64,000 nt of DNA from an uncultured delta proteobacterium (GTDB taxonomy: Bacteria > Myxococcota_A > UBA9160 > SZUA-336), in the NCBI GenBank assembly GCA_963704165.1, contig CAVPHD010000004.1:128001-192000 (forward strand), in the 5' to 3' direction. The translations under genes and the position numbers were made by a program. Below are positions 55,532 through 64,000 of the stretch, in pieces. A model generated the notes under the pieces. The model worked only from the letters and a program-made list of their open reading frames with translations, searched no databases and was not told the origin of the DNA. Within the stretch, counting starts at the first letter, position 1. Each line of letters begins with the position of its first letter.

Positions 55532-58528
55532 ATGTGCGTGCGTGTCGCACGGTCTGCAGCAATCGGCCTCATCCTCGCGGTCGTGACCGCATCCGCTCCG
55601 GCCTTCGCGCAGATCGCTCCGCGTGTTCTCTCGCCTTTCGTCGACACCGACTACGTCTTCGGGCTCCAGGTCGCCCTGACCGCCCACGACCAGAACGGCC
55701 TCTGCGCGGCGGCAGCGGAGGACTACGAGTGGTTCTTCCGCGAGCAGGGCGATCCGTGGCCGGCATCGGGCTATTTCTTCGACGACCCCGACCGGCTCCT
55801 CGCGAATCGGGTCATTCCATTCGGCTGCGATCTGGCACCCGTCCCGGGCGACGCCTGTCTGGTCGACGGAAAGAAGCGCTACGAGGTCAAGGTGCGCATG
55901 TGCGGTGTCGACTCGCCGACCATCGCGTTTGCGATCGTGTACGCGCCGCTTCCGGCCGACCCGCCGCATCCGAGCTTCCCACCCGACGACGGCGAGCCGC
56001 TTCCGGATCCGCCCAACGACGGCAACTACTGCTTCGTGGACTGGGGGCCCGTCGACACCAACGGCGTGCAGGATCACGCGGCGACCGAGCACTTCAACGT
56101 GTTCTGGCCTGCGACCTATTCGCTCTGTGACCCCTCGATCACCCTGAATCCTCCGCAGCCGGTCTTGCCGCCACCGACGGCCGCACGGCTGGGCCTGATG
56201 GAGTGCATCTACGCGGTGCTCGACGCGGACATGGTGTCTCCGCTCTCCCCAGCGTCGATCTATCGGAATGCGCCCGCCTATGCGGGGATCACCAAGCTCC
56301 CGCTGATCACGGGGAAGGCCGTCACGGGCGGTGGGGGCGGGGACGGCGAGATCCAGGGCATGTCGCACGGCCCCGGCGCGAACGCCCCGTCGACCGACCG
56401 GGTCGCGATCCACGAGCTCTTCCATGTCTTCGACTACGCCGGCAATCCGCTTCACTACCGCAATCGCGACTACCGCTACGAGGCGAACCCTTTTCACTTC
56501 TACCACGAGGCGACCGCGGTGGTGGAGCAGGCGATGAGCTCCTCGGCGCCAAATCCCTGGGGGTACCGCTGGGACCGCTGGCCGGCGTGGATTCCGCTCG
56601 ACCTCGGTCTGACCGAGCTCGACTACGACGCCGCGCCGTTCTGGGCGTACGTGCTCGGGCGTTACGGCTTCACACCGCGCCGCAGCCTGCGCGGCCCCGC
56701 GATCGATGCGTGCGCGGCGTACGCGCAGAGCGATTCGCTCGGAAACGAGCTCGAGCCTCACCGCTACAAGTTCTTCGAGGAGTGGAACGCGATCACACGT
56801 GCCGACGTCAGCATCGTCGAGCCCGTGCTTCGCAACTACGTGTCTGGACAGTGCCCGGTCGAGTCGCACTACGGCCCGCTCTGGAGCGGCGCCGAAGCGG
56901 ACTCGCCTCTCAACAACGGCGCGCTCTATACCGGGATGGTGGATCCGGTCTGCATGCAGACGCTCGAATACGACCTCTCGGTGGTGGAGGATCTGGCCCG
57001 CGCGAACGCCGGGGCGTGGGCCGGGACGGAGCTCGCGGAGTCGATCCAGCTCGACTTCGCCGTCGACTTCGCCAAGCGCTTTTCACCGCTCAGTCTCCTC
57101 ACCGGAATCCCCGACGGCATCGTCTGTGCGCTTGCGGGCTTGCAACGCTCCTCGGGATTCGACGCGACACCATCGGGGTGTCTCAAAGGTGGCTCCGAGG
57201 ACGGGTCGTTTCCGGGGATTCGTGCCGATGCTCCGATCTGCGCGGGCGTGAATCCGCACGACTTCTGGGCTCGGATCGAGTTTCGCGTCACGACCGCGTC
57301 GCCGCGGTGGATGCGCGTGCTTGCGAACGACGATGCGACGGTCTTCGTCGACGGCACAGCCGTGATCGACGGGGCCGATCCGTTCGGGCGCGCCAACTAC
57401 GCGGGCTTCCCACCCGCGTCCGCGACCTACGCCGACCAGCGCTACCAATGGCCCGAGAACCACGCGCCGCGCACGAGCCTGTTCCGGGTCGGCGATGCTC
57501 GCAGCCATCGCTACGAAGTCGAGTGGGTGAATCGGGGGGATGGGCGCGGCAACGCGGACTACGACTGTGACTCGCAGCGTAGCCGCTACCTGCTCCAGCT
57601 CGAAGGTTACGACACGACGCCGGCCGCCCTCGCGCCCGTTCCCGCGGCCAACATCCAGATCGTTCGCGCGGAATTCTGGGGCGGACAGGGCAGCGGCTAT
57701 CCGCCCGGCGGCCCGGCCGGGGCGACGATCCCACCCGACTACAAGAACCTGGCGGCTCCGCTCGCGCGCGAGATCCAGCTCCGTCCGGTCGGTGGCGGCG
57801 GCTCGCGTCCGTTCCTTCTGCCACCGCTGGCCGCGCACTACCATCCGGTCGCTTGCCCGACCGGCTACTCGGGCGGCTTCGAGGTCTCGGTCCGAGACGA
57901 CTTCCTCACCGAGACGCGCCCGTCCGTCCACCTGCTCGCGCTGAAGGCGCCGGACACGGTCGAGTGGCGCGGAGCCGTGCCCGTCCGTGACGCCGACGAG
58001 CGAAGCGTGACGCTCACCTGCGATGGCGCGAGCGAGGTCGCGAGGGACGGGGGAGATCCGGCATTCCTCGCCGTGAGCACGGCACGGACGCTGCACGGGC
58101 CCGCCGATTCGTTCGGCACGCTCGGCGCAGTTCACTACACCGTGTTGGCGGGCAACCCGGGCGCGGACACGGACGGCGACGGCGTCGCGGACTACCGCGA
58201 CAACTGCCCGTACCAGTCCAACCCGAGCCAGGCCGATGGCGGGCGGCTCGGATCCCTCCTGCCGGATTGGGTCGGAACCTCCTGCCAGTGTGGCGACGTG
58301 ACCAACGACGGTGCGGTGCTTCCCGACGACGTGACCGCTTTGCGCAACTGGCTCGCGCGGGCCACGCCTTCGCTCCCGGCCGGGCAGAAGTGCAACGTGA
58401 TCGGCCCCGCGGGAACGAGCCCTACACAGGACTGCGACGTCCGCGACATGGCCGTTCTCCTGCGGAGCATGACACCGGACCAGCTCGCTCCCGGGCCGTC
58501 GCCCGTCTGCGGGCCGGCCCTGCCCTGA
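55532..58528 (+). CDS. Large secreted protein: gluzincin-like metallopeptidase + PA14-like + thrombospondin type 3 + dockerin-like domains
   Basis: Signal peptide ending AFA, HELFH...YHEATA, ANDDATVFVDG..VID, DTDGDGVADYRDNCP, CGDVTNDGAV..DD. Confidence 0.7.
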   Translation: MCVRVARSAAIGLILAVVTASAPAFAQIAPRVLSPFVDTDYVFGLQVALTAHDQNGLCAAAAEDYEWFFREQGDPWPASGYFFDDPDRLLANRVIPFGCDLAPVPGDACLVDGKKRYEVKVRMCGVDSPTIAFAIVYAPLPADPPHPSFPPDDGEPLPDPPNDGNYCFVDWGPVDTNGVQDHAATEHFNVFWPATYSLCDPSITLNPPQPVLPPPTAARLGLMECIYAVLDADMVSPLSPASIYRNAPAYAGITKLPLITGKAVTGGGGGDGEIQGMSHGPGANAPSTDRVAIHELFHVFDYAGNPLHYRNRDYRYEANPFHFYHEATAVVEQAMSSSAPNPWGYRWDRWPAWIPLDLGLTELDYDAAPFWAYVLGRYGFTPRRSLRGPAIDACAAYAQSDSLGNELEPHRYKFFEEWNAITRADVSIVEPVLRNYVSGQCPVESHYGPLWSGAEADSPLNNGALYTGMVDPVCMQTLEYDLSVVEDLARANAGAWAGTELAESIQLDFAVDFAKRFSPLSLLTGIPDGIVCALAGLQRSSGFDATPSGCLKGGSEDGSFPGIRADAPICAGVNPHDFWARIEFRVTTASPRWMRVLANDDATVFVDGTAVIDGADPFGRANYAGFPPASATYADQRYQWPENHAPRTSLFRVGDARSHRYEVEWVNRGDGRGNADYDCDSQRSRYLLQLEGYDTTPAALAPVPAANIQIVRAEFWGGQGSGYPPGGPAGATIPPDYKNLAAPLAREIQLRPVGGGGSRPFLLPPLAAHYHPVACPTGYSGGFEVSVRDDFLTETRPSVHLLALKAPDTVEWRGAVPVRDADERSVTLTCDGASEVARDGGDPAFLAVSTARTLHGPADSFGTLGAVHYTVLAGNPGADTDGDGVADYRDNCPYQSNPSQADGGRLGSLLPDWVGTSCQCGDVTNDGAVLPDDVTALRNWLARATPSLPAGQKCNVIGPAGTSPTQDCDVRDMAVLLRSMTPDQLAPGPSPVCGPALP

Positions 58529-58545
58529 GGGATCGTGCGGATTCC

Positions 58546-59172
58546 TCAGGTCGAACTGCGGTCCCACCTCCGGTACACCTCGCGCAGGTTCAGGGCGAGC
58601 ACGACGAAGAGCCCGAGCGCGAAGATCCCGATCCAGAACGAGCCGCCGCCGGGAAAGCTCGTCGCGGTGAAGTTCGCGATCTGCTTGGTGCCCAGGATCG
58701 GCGGGGTGAACGGATCCATCTTGAACGGCGCCGTCGGGTCGAGGTTGTGCCCGAAGAAGTAGAGCTTGTAGTAGAAGCGGGCCATCGAGAACGCGGAGAA
58801 GTATCCGAACAGAACGATCAGGTCGATCAGCGAGCGCAGATCGCCGACGGCGGCGACCCGGAGTGCGAGCAGGGCGAGCGCTCCGATCGCGAAGGGAATC
58901 CAGTCGAGGTCGGACAGCGCCCCGCGATCGATGCTCGCCATGCCGATGTAGTGGTTCAGCTTGTTCACCTCGGAAACGTCACCACTGACGGTGTAGGCGA
59001 AGATGTCGAGGCCCAATCCCCCGGGGTACTGCGGCGCGTTCATCTGCAGGTGCCAGAGCGGTGCCGAGAACCCGAGCAACAGCGGCACGATGAGCGCCAG
59101 AAGAGCCCAACGGGTTCCGAGGACCAGTCCACCTCCGAGGCTGCGGTCGAATTGCTCGCGTGTGGTCAACAC
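58546..59172 (-). CDS. nosB: NosB-like membrane protein of clade II nos clusters
   Basis: APQYPGGL, N.LNHYIGM, GHNLDP.AP, PP.LG.KQ.ANF. Co-oriented with the nos genes. Confidence 0.75.
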   Translation of the reverse strand: MLTTREQFDRSLGGGLVLGTRWALLALIVPLLLGFSAPLWHLQMNAPQYPGGLGLDIFAYTVSGDVSEVNKLNHYIGMASIDRGALSDLDWIPFAIGALALLALRVAAVGDLRSLIDLIVLFGYFSAFSMARFYYKLYFFGHNLDPTAPFKMDPFTPPILGTKQIANFTATSFPGGGSFWIGIFALGLFVVLALNLREVYRRWDRSST

Positions 59173-59202
59173 TGTGGACTCCTATCCGTATCGCGGTTGT
59201 GA

Positions 59203-60042
59203 CTAGACGAGATCGAATCGCCGAAATGCGCGAAGCGCAAGGGCGAAAGCTGCGGCACCGAGCACGAGCGGCCAGACGACGCCGAGCGCGAACAGGCCGT
59301 TGGCCCCGAGGCTCTGGATCAAATAGAAGCCGACTGGTCCCAAGGTCTCGAGATCGACGCCGCCGGCCGAGAGCAGTCCGAGGCGGGCGTCCTGGACCGG
59401 ATTCAGCACCGCCAGGAGCAGGACCGCGCGCGGCTGGAGTTGCCAGCGTAGCATCGCGCCGATCAGCGCGAAGTCGACCAGAGCGACGCCCGCGAGCCAA
59501 CACAGGATCACGTAGGCGTTCGCACGCGCGGGGCTGCGCACGCGCACCGAGATCAACAGCCCGAGCGACGTGAACGCGAAGAGCAGTGCCGCGCAGAGTG
59601 CGGACGCGCGCGCCGCGATCCCCGCGGCGGCGCCGGCGCCGCTCCACGCGATGCCGACGAGGCCGAGGATCGCGAAGATCCCGACGAGCGGAACGACCAG
59701 GGCTCCGAAGCGGACCGCGAGGAGCGCGGCGAGGTATCGCTCGCGACGGATCGGCTGGCTCATCAGGAGCTCGAGCGTGCCCTCGTCGCGCGCACGATTC
59801 ACCACCTGGCCGGTCGCCACGAGCGCGACCAGCGGGAGCAACAATACCAGCATGTGACAGAACGAGAAGACCGCACGGCCCATCCCGGTGAAGCCGACGA
59901 CGCCAGACTCGCGAAGGCCCGCCGCGACGAACGCCCCGGCGAGTCCGGCGTAGAGCAGAAGGCAGATCGCGAGCCAGCGCGAGCGCACCACCTCGGCGAG
60001 ATCGAGTCTCGCGACGGCCGTGAAGTCGACGCTCGGCTTCAC
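59203..60042 (-). CDS. nosY: NosY-like ABC permease
   Basis: EGTLELLMSQPI.R, LNP...RL, multi-TM. GTGA overlap with nosL. Confidence 0.82.
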   Translation of the reverse strand: MKPSVDFTAVARLDLAEVVRSRWLAICLLLYAGLAGAFVAAGLRESGVVGFTGMGRAVFSFCHMLVLLLPLVALVATGQVVNRARDEGTLELLMSQPIRRERYLAALLAVRFGALVVPLVGIFAILGLVGIAWSGAGAAAGIAARASALCAALLFAFTSLGLLISVRVRSPARANAYVILCWLAGVALVDFALIGAMLRWQLQPRAVLLLAVLNPVQDARLGLLSAGGVDLETLGPVGFYLIQSLGANGLFALGVVWPLVLGAAAFALALRAFRRFDLV

Positions 60043-60509
60043 GGCAAGGCTCCCGGTCGCGACGCTTCGATGCGCTGCACCTCGGCGAGCGCCTGCGCGC
60101 GCGAGATCGTTTCGCGCTCGTTCGCGTCCACGGCCCCGAGGCCGTAGCCCATCGGTGTCGCATCGGCGCGCACGAAGCCGGCACTCGAGGCGGGAATCCA
60201 GCGCTCCTCGTACAGGTGATGGAAGAACGCGGAGGCTTCCTCGTCCGGGTGCTCGGCCGCGTACAGAAGCAGACAGCCCGCGTCGTCGAAGAACCGCAGC
60301 ATTCCCGTTGGCGTGTGCAGCTGCGCCGCGAACGCGCGCTCGCCGATGAGCATCCCGCATCGCGCACAGGGAGTGCGGCTCCAGGTCGGATCGACGGGCC
60401 CGTCGGGAGGTCTCTGTGCCCAGCGCAGAGCGAGCACGAGAGCGGCGAGCGCGGCGCCCGCGACGAGCCACGCGCGAAGCCGGCTTCTCGTGCGAGACTC
60501 AGGGCTCAT
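60039..60509 (-). CDS. nosL: NosL-family copper chaperone
   Basis: CARCGMLI, FDDAGC, TPMGYG. Confidence 0.85.
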   Translation of the reverse strand: MSPESRTRSRLRAWLVAGAALAALVLALRWAQRPPDGPVDPTWSRTPCARCGMLIGERAFAAQLHTPTGMLRFFDDAGCLLLYAAEHPDEEASAFFHHLYEERWIPASSAGFVRADATPMGYGLGAVDANERETISRAQALAEVQRIEASRPGALP

Positions 60510-61404
60510 CACGTGTCTCTGCGCCAGAGGCGAGTCGAGTAGCGAGATCGAGCGAGTCGAGCTCACGCACCGAGAAGTCCCGCAACGCGCCATCGAGCGC
60601 GTTCACGAGCTCCGGCAGGAGCGCGTGCTTCTCGCGTGCCGACACCGCGCGAACCCAGAATCTTCCACTCCCACGTCGGAACCCGTGCCCGTCTAGCCAG
60701 CGAGATACCGCCTCGCCCTCGGCACGGACTTCGATCAGGCTCGTCATCGATGCATCGAGGACTGCCGAAGCGGGGCCGTCGTAGACGAGCCGGCCCTCGT
60801 CGAGCATGAGCACGTGGTTCACGAGGTGGCGCACCTCTTCGAGCCGATGCGAACACAGAATCACGGTGGAATCGGCCGCGAGCTCGTCGAAAAGCGGGAA
60901 GAACGCTTCGCGGGTGCGCGCGTCGAGCGAGCCGGTCGGCTCGTCGAGCAGCAGGAGCGAGGCGTCGGCCGCGAGCGCGAGCGCGATCGTCAGCTTCTGC
61001 TTCATGCCGCCCGAAAGGCTGCGAAACGGTCGTGACGCGACCTCTCCGATGTCGAGACCGAGGCGACCGGCGATCTCCGTCACGCGCGCCGGTTCCATAC
61101 CGCGAACGGAAGCCAGCGCGCGCACGAGTTCCCCCGTCGGCGCTGCGAGAGCCGGTGCGATCTGCGGCACGTACGCCATGCGTCGCGCGATCTCGACCCG
61201 ATCGTCTCGCGCGGAGAACCCGTCGATCCGAACGTCTCCATCGAAGGAGAGCAGACCCATGACGACGCGATTCAGCGTCGACTTCCCGGATCCGTTCGGG
61301 CCCACGAGCGCGGTTCGCTGACCCGAAGGCAGGCAGAAGCCGACGTCGCGGAGCGCGAAGAGGCTGCCGAACGACTTCGAGAGGCCCGCGACCTCAACCC
61401 GCAT
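60499..61404 (-). CDS. nosF: NosF-like ABC ATP-binding protein
   Basis: GPNGSGKS, LSGGMKQK, LLDEPT. Lies between nosD and nosL. Confidence 0.88.
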   Translation of the reverse strand: MRVEVAGLSKSFGSLFALRDVGFCLPSGQRTALVGPNGSGKSTLNRVVMGLLSFDGDVRIDGFSARDDRVEIARRMAYVPQIAPALAAPTGELVRALASVRGMEPARVTEIAGRLGLDIGEVASRPFRSLSGGMKQKLTIALALAADASLLLLDEPTGSLDARTREAFFPLFDELAADSTVILCSHRLEEVRHLVNHVLMLDEGRLVYDGPASAVLDASMTSLIEVRAEGEAVSRWLDGHGFRRGSGRFWVRAVSAREKHALLPELVNALDGALRDFSVRELDSLDLATRLASGAETRDEP

Positions 61405-62665
61405 GTGCCGCCCCCGCGGGTCTCGCGCGCACGTTCGGCTCCGGATCGATCAGGATCGTCGTCGGCTGGAAGAGCGGCACGATGCGCCCGACGATCTCGA
61501 CCAACCACATCGCGGGGGAGCCGCGGAAGAGCCCGAGTTGCGGATTCTGGGTCGTGAGATCGCCGGAGAGCGAGCGGAGCTCGTAGGGAAGGTCGCCGAC
61601 GCCGTCCCCGTCGAGGTCGTATCCGGCGTAGTCACCCCAGCCGTTGCCGCGGAACTCCGCGTCGCGCGCGTCGCCGCCGCCCGCGATTCTGACCTGGACG
61701 TCGTTGTCGGCGAAGCGGTTGTGAGTGAATCGGTTGCGCTCGGCGATTCCCTGGAACGAGAGCCCGACGTCACAGCCGCTGACCTCGTTCTCCGTGAAGT
61801 CGTTCCACTCGTCGGGCTGAAGCGGGCTGTTGTCGAGGTGAATGCAGACGCTGTTGTCGATGATCGCGTTCTCGTGGACCACCAGATCACTCGACTCCTT
61901 CGCGCCCAGGCCCATCCCCGCGGCCCCGGTCGCACGCGCCAGCAGGTTCCGCTCGATCCGCAGGTGGCGGCTGTACATCGCGAAGATCCCCACCACGTTT
62001 CCGATCATGCGGTTGTCGGTGGCGATGTTCTCGTGGCTGTACATGAAGTGGACACCATAGCGGCCCCGCTCGACCACGTTGCCGACCACTCGGTTCCTGG
62101 GGGAGTACCAGACGACCAGGTCGCGGGCATCCCGCGTGTGGTTTCCCTCGACGAGGGAGTCGCGCACTTCCCACAGGCGAATCGCGTCTCCGCGCATGCC
62201 GAGCGCCTTGGCCGGGTCGCCATCGACCACGTTGCCGCGAATCACGAGCCGATTGGCTTGGTTCGCGAGGATGCCGAAGAGCGCGCCGCTCACCGCCACG
62301 TTCTCGACCCGGACCTCGTCTGCCGCGATGCGGACGGCCGCGTCGAGCTGGTCGAAGCGCCCCCCGCTGCCATCGATCGACAGGCCGACGAGCGCGGCGC
62401 CCTCGGCTTCGAGTGAGATCGTCGAACCGACCCCGTTCGCGCGTACCACCGCGTCGCGCGGTCCCGAGATCGTCACGCGCCGCGAGATCGTCAGCGGACC
62501 GGGGTGCGTCCCCGGAGCGAGGCAGAAGCTGTCTCCGTCCGAAGCCGAATCGAGCAGCGCCTGCAGGTCCGCACCGGCTCGCACGTCACGGCACGAACTC
62601 GGATTCGCGGAGCCGAGAGATGCGAGGGCGAGAAGGCACGCTCCGATGCCGGGTGCGACCTTCAC
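61394..62665 (-). CDS. nosD: Nitrous oxide reductase maturation protein NosD
   Basis: RGDAIRLW, RYGVHFMYS, GN.W.DY.GYDLDGDGVGDLPY. Confidence 0.93.
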   Translation of the reverse strand: MKVAPGIGACLLALASLGSANPSSCRDVRAGADLQALLDSASDGDSFCLAPGTHPGPLTISRRVTISGPRDAVVRANGVGSTISLEAEGAALVGLSIDGSGGRFDQLDAAVRIAADEVRVENVAVSGALFGILANQANRLVIRGNVVDGDPAKALGMRGDAIRLWEVRDSLVEGNHTRDARDLVVWYSPRNRVVGNVVERGRYGVHFMYSHENIATDNRMIGNVVGIFAMYSRHLRIERNLLARATGAAGMGLGAKESSDLVVHENAIIDNSVCIHLDNSPLQPDEWNDFTENEVSGCDVGLSFQGIAERNRFTHNRFADNDVQVRIAGGGDARDAEFRGNGWGDYAGYDLDGDGVGDLPYELRSLSGDLTTQNPQLGLFRGSPAMWLVEIVGRIVPLFQPTTILIDPEPNVRARPAGAAHAG

Positions 62666-62680
62666 GCCCTCGCGCCTGAC

Positions 62681-64000
62681 TCAGTTCTGGGGCTCGACGA
62701 GCAGGTACCCCGCCATCTCGAGGTGGAGCGCGGAGCAGAACTCCGTGCAGTAGAGCGGGAACACGCCCGGGATGCTGGCCACGAACTCGATGTCCGAGTG
62801 CTCGCCGGGCTCGATGCTCACGTTGACGTTGTAGTCCGCGATCGCGAAGCCGTGCGTCGCGTCGAGGGCCTGCTCGGTGTTCGTCAGGTGGATGTGGACG
62901 GTCTCTCCCTGCTTGACGCGGATCGATGTCGGGCGCGAAGTGACTGCGCACGGCCGTCATGTAGACGTGCACGCCGTCGGCCTGCCGCTCGATCCGCTCC
63001 TTGCCCGCCTCGACCGCGTTGGGTGAGACGCCGCGCAGGATCGGGTCGGTGCCGACCGGCGTGTAGACCTTGATGCGCCTTGATCTTGTCGGCCTTGATC
63101 GATCTGCGCGTAGTGCGGCTCGCCCATGCGGGATCGGCATGTCGTAGAGCAGCTGCATCGGTTCCGACGCCGTGTCGATCAGCTGGAAGTTCTGCGGCAG
63201 CAGCGGCCCGACGTCCTGGAAGCGGTCGATCGCCCACTTGTTCATCGCGACGAGGTAGCCGCCGTCGGGGCTGACCGTGTCGCCTTCGGGCGTGCGTGAT
63301 GTGGCCGACGTTGTAGTGCACCGGGATCTTCGAGATCAGCTTCAGGTCCTTCAGGTTCCACTTCGCGACCGCGGACTCGAGGAAGAGCGACGTGTAGGCG
63401 TGGCCCTGATCGTCGAACTGCGTGTGCAGCGGGCCGAGGCCGATCTCGACCTGGCCGCGGATCACGTCCTCGAAGGGCAGGATCGGCACGCCGTAGGGAT
63501 CGAGTCCGGCGTAGCTTCTTCGCTTCGATCGCCGCCTTGATCTTGTCGATCGTGTAGACGGTCGCGTGCGTGTCGAGCTTGCCGGCGATGACGATGTCCT
63601 GGCCGTCGGGCGAGACGTCGACGCCGTGCGGGCTCTTGGGCTCGGGGACGAAGTGCAGCGAGGCCTTCGGCGATCGACGGTCTCGAGCGGGATCACGCGC
63701 ATGCCCGCGATCATCTCGGTCTTGCCGTCGGCGACGACCTTCTCGGCCTTCCGCAGGTCGATCACGTGCAGGTAGTCCATGTCGTTCTGCGACGCGCCGG
63801 ACTCCATCGGCGGGTTGCCCTCGAGCGTGCCGCCCCAGGAGCGCTCGGTGTTGAACGAGTTCACGAAGAAGCAGCCTTCGCTGGCGAGCTTGCCGGCGTC
63901 CGCGAGATCCTGGCATGTAGGGCGGGAGCTCGATCGCGAACGACTCCTCCTTCACGATCCGCCGCTTCTCGCGGTCGAACTTCCAGAGGATCGACGCGTC
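62681..64000 (-). CDS. nosZ: Nitrous oxide reductase, C-terminal part (clade II-like), with about nine apparent single-base frameshifts; 5' end outside the window
   Basis: [31 protein letters not shown] and the CuA site [13 protein letters not shown], spread across alternating frames. Confidence 0.92.

Noticed and set aside
1..64000. Mobile elements or prophage
   Set aside because: No transposase, integrase, phage gene, terminal inverted repeat or att-like duplication was recognised.

Overview
A 64-kb, very GC-rich (roughly 70% by eye) bacterial chromosome segment. Gene content and domain styles suggest a Myxococcota/'deltaproteobacterial' lineage (inference). In order it carries: a sugar-oxidoreductase cluster; an EEP hydrolase divergent from a serine hydrolase; an orphan histidine kinase and a degenerate FHA-GGDEF; a Cys/His-rich secreted leader ORF followed by a cusCBA-type Cu/Ag efflux operon; a DUF11-type secreted protein; a MazG-like pyrophosphatase and an orphan amino-methyltransferase; a structured intergenic RNA behind a near-consensus sigma70 promoter; an NdvB-like glucan synthase; rmuC; lgt divergent from a DUF4105 (Lnb-like) gene; and a wHTH-AAA regulator. 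Next come two tandem two-gene cassettes (PASTA protein plus a giant repeat-rich lipoprotein adhesin) separated by a decayed CPBP protease. The remainder holds a thioesterase, a PBP, LolA-like plus MMPL-cNMP genes, DUF47-PiT-pntA2-pntB (no pntA1), a large secreted metalloprotease-like protein, and a clade II-type nos cluster running off the window end. The best candidates for undescribed biology are (1) an HGPP arrest-peptide leader with an anti-SD three-way junction that may gate copper efflux, (2) the duplicated PASTA/giant-lipoprotein cassette, and (3) the ~180-270 nt structured RNA upstream of the glucan synthase. Scattered single-base frameshifts, about nine in nosZ, look like sequencing or assembly errors. 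No CRISPR array, rRNA, tRNA or mobile element was found. All calls come from reading the sequence; no database searches were run.
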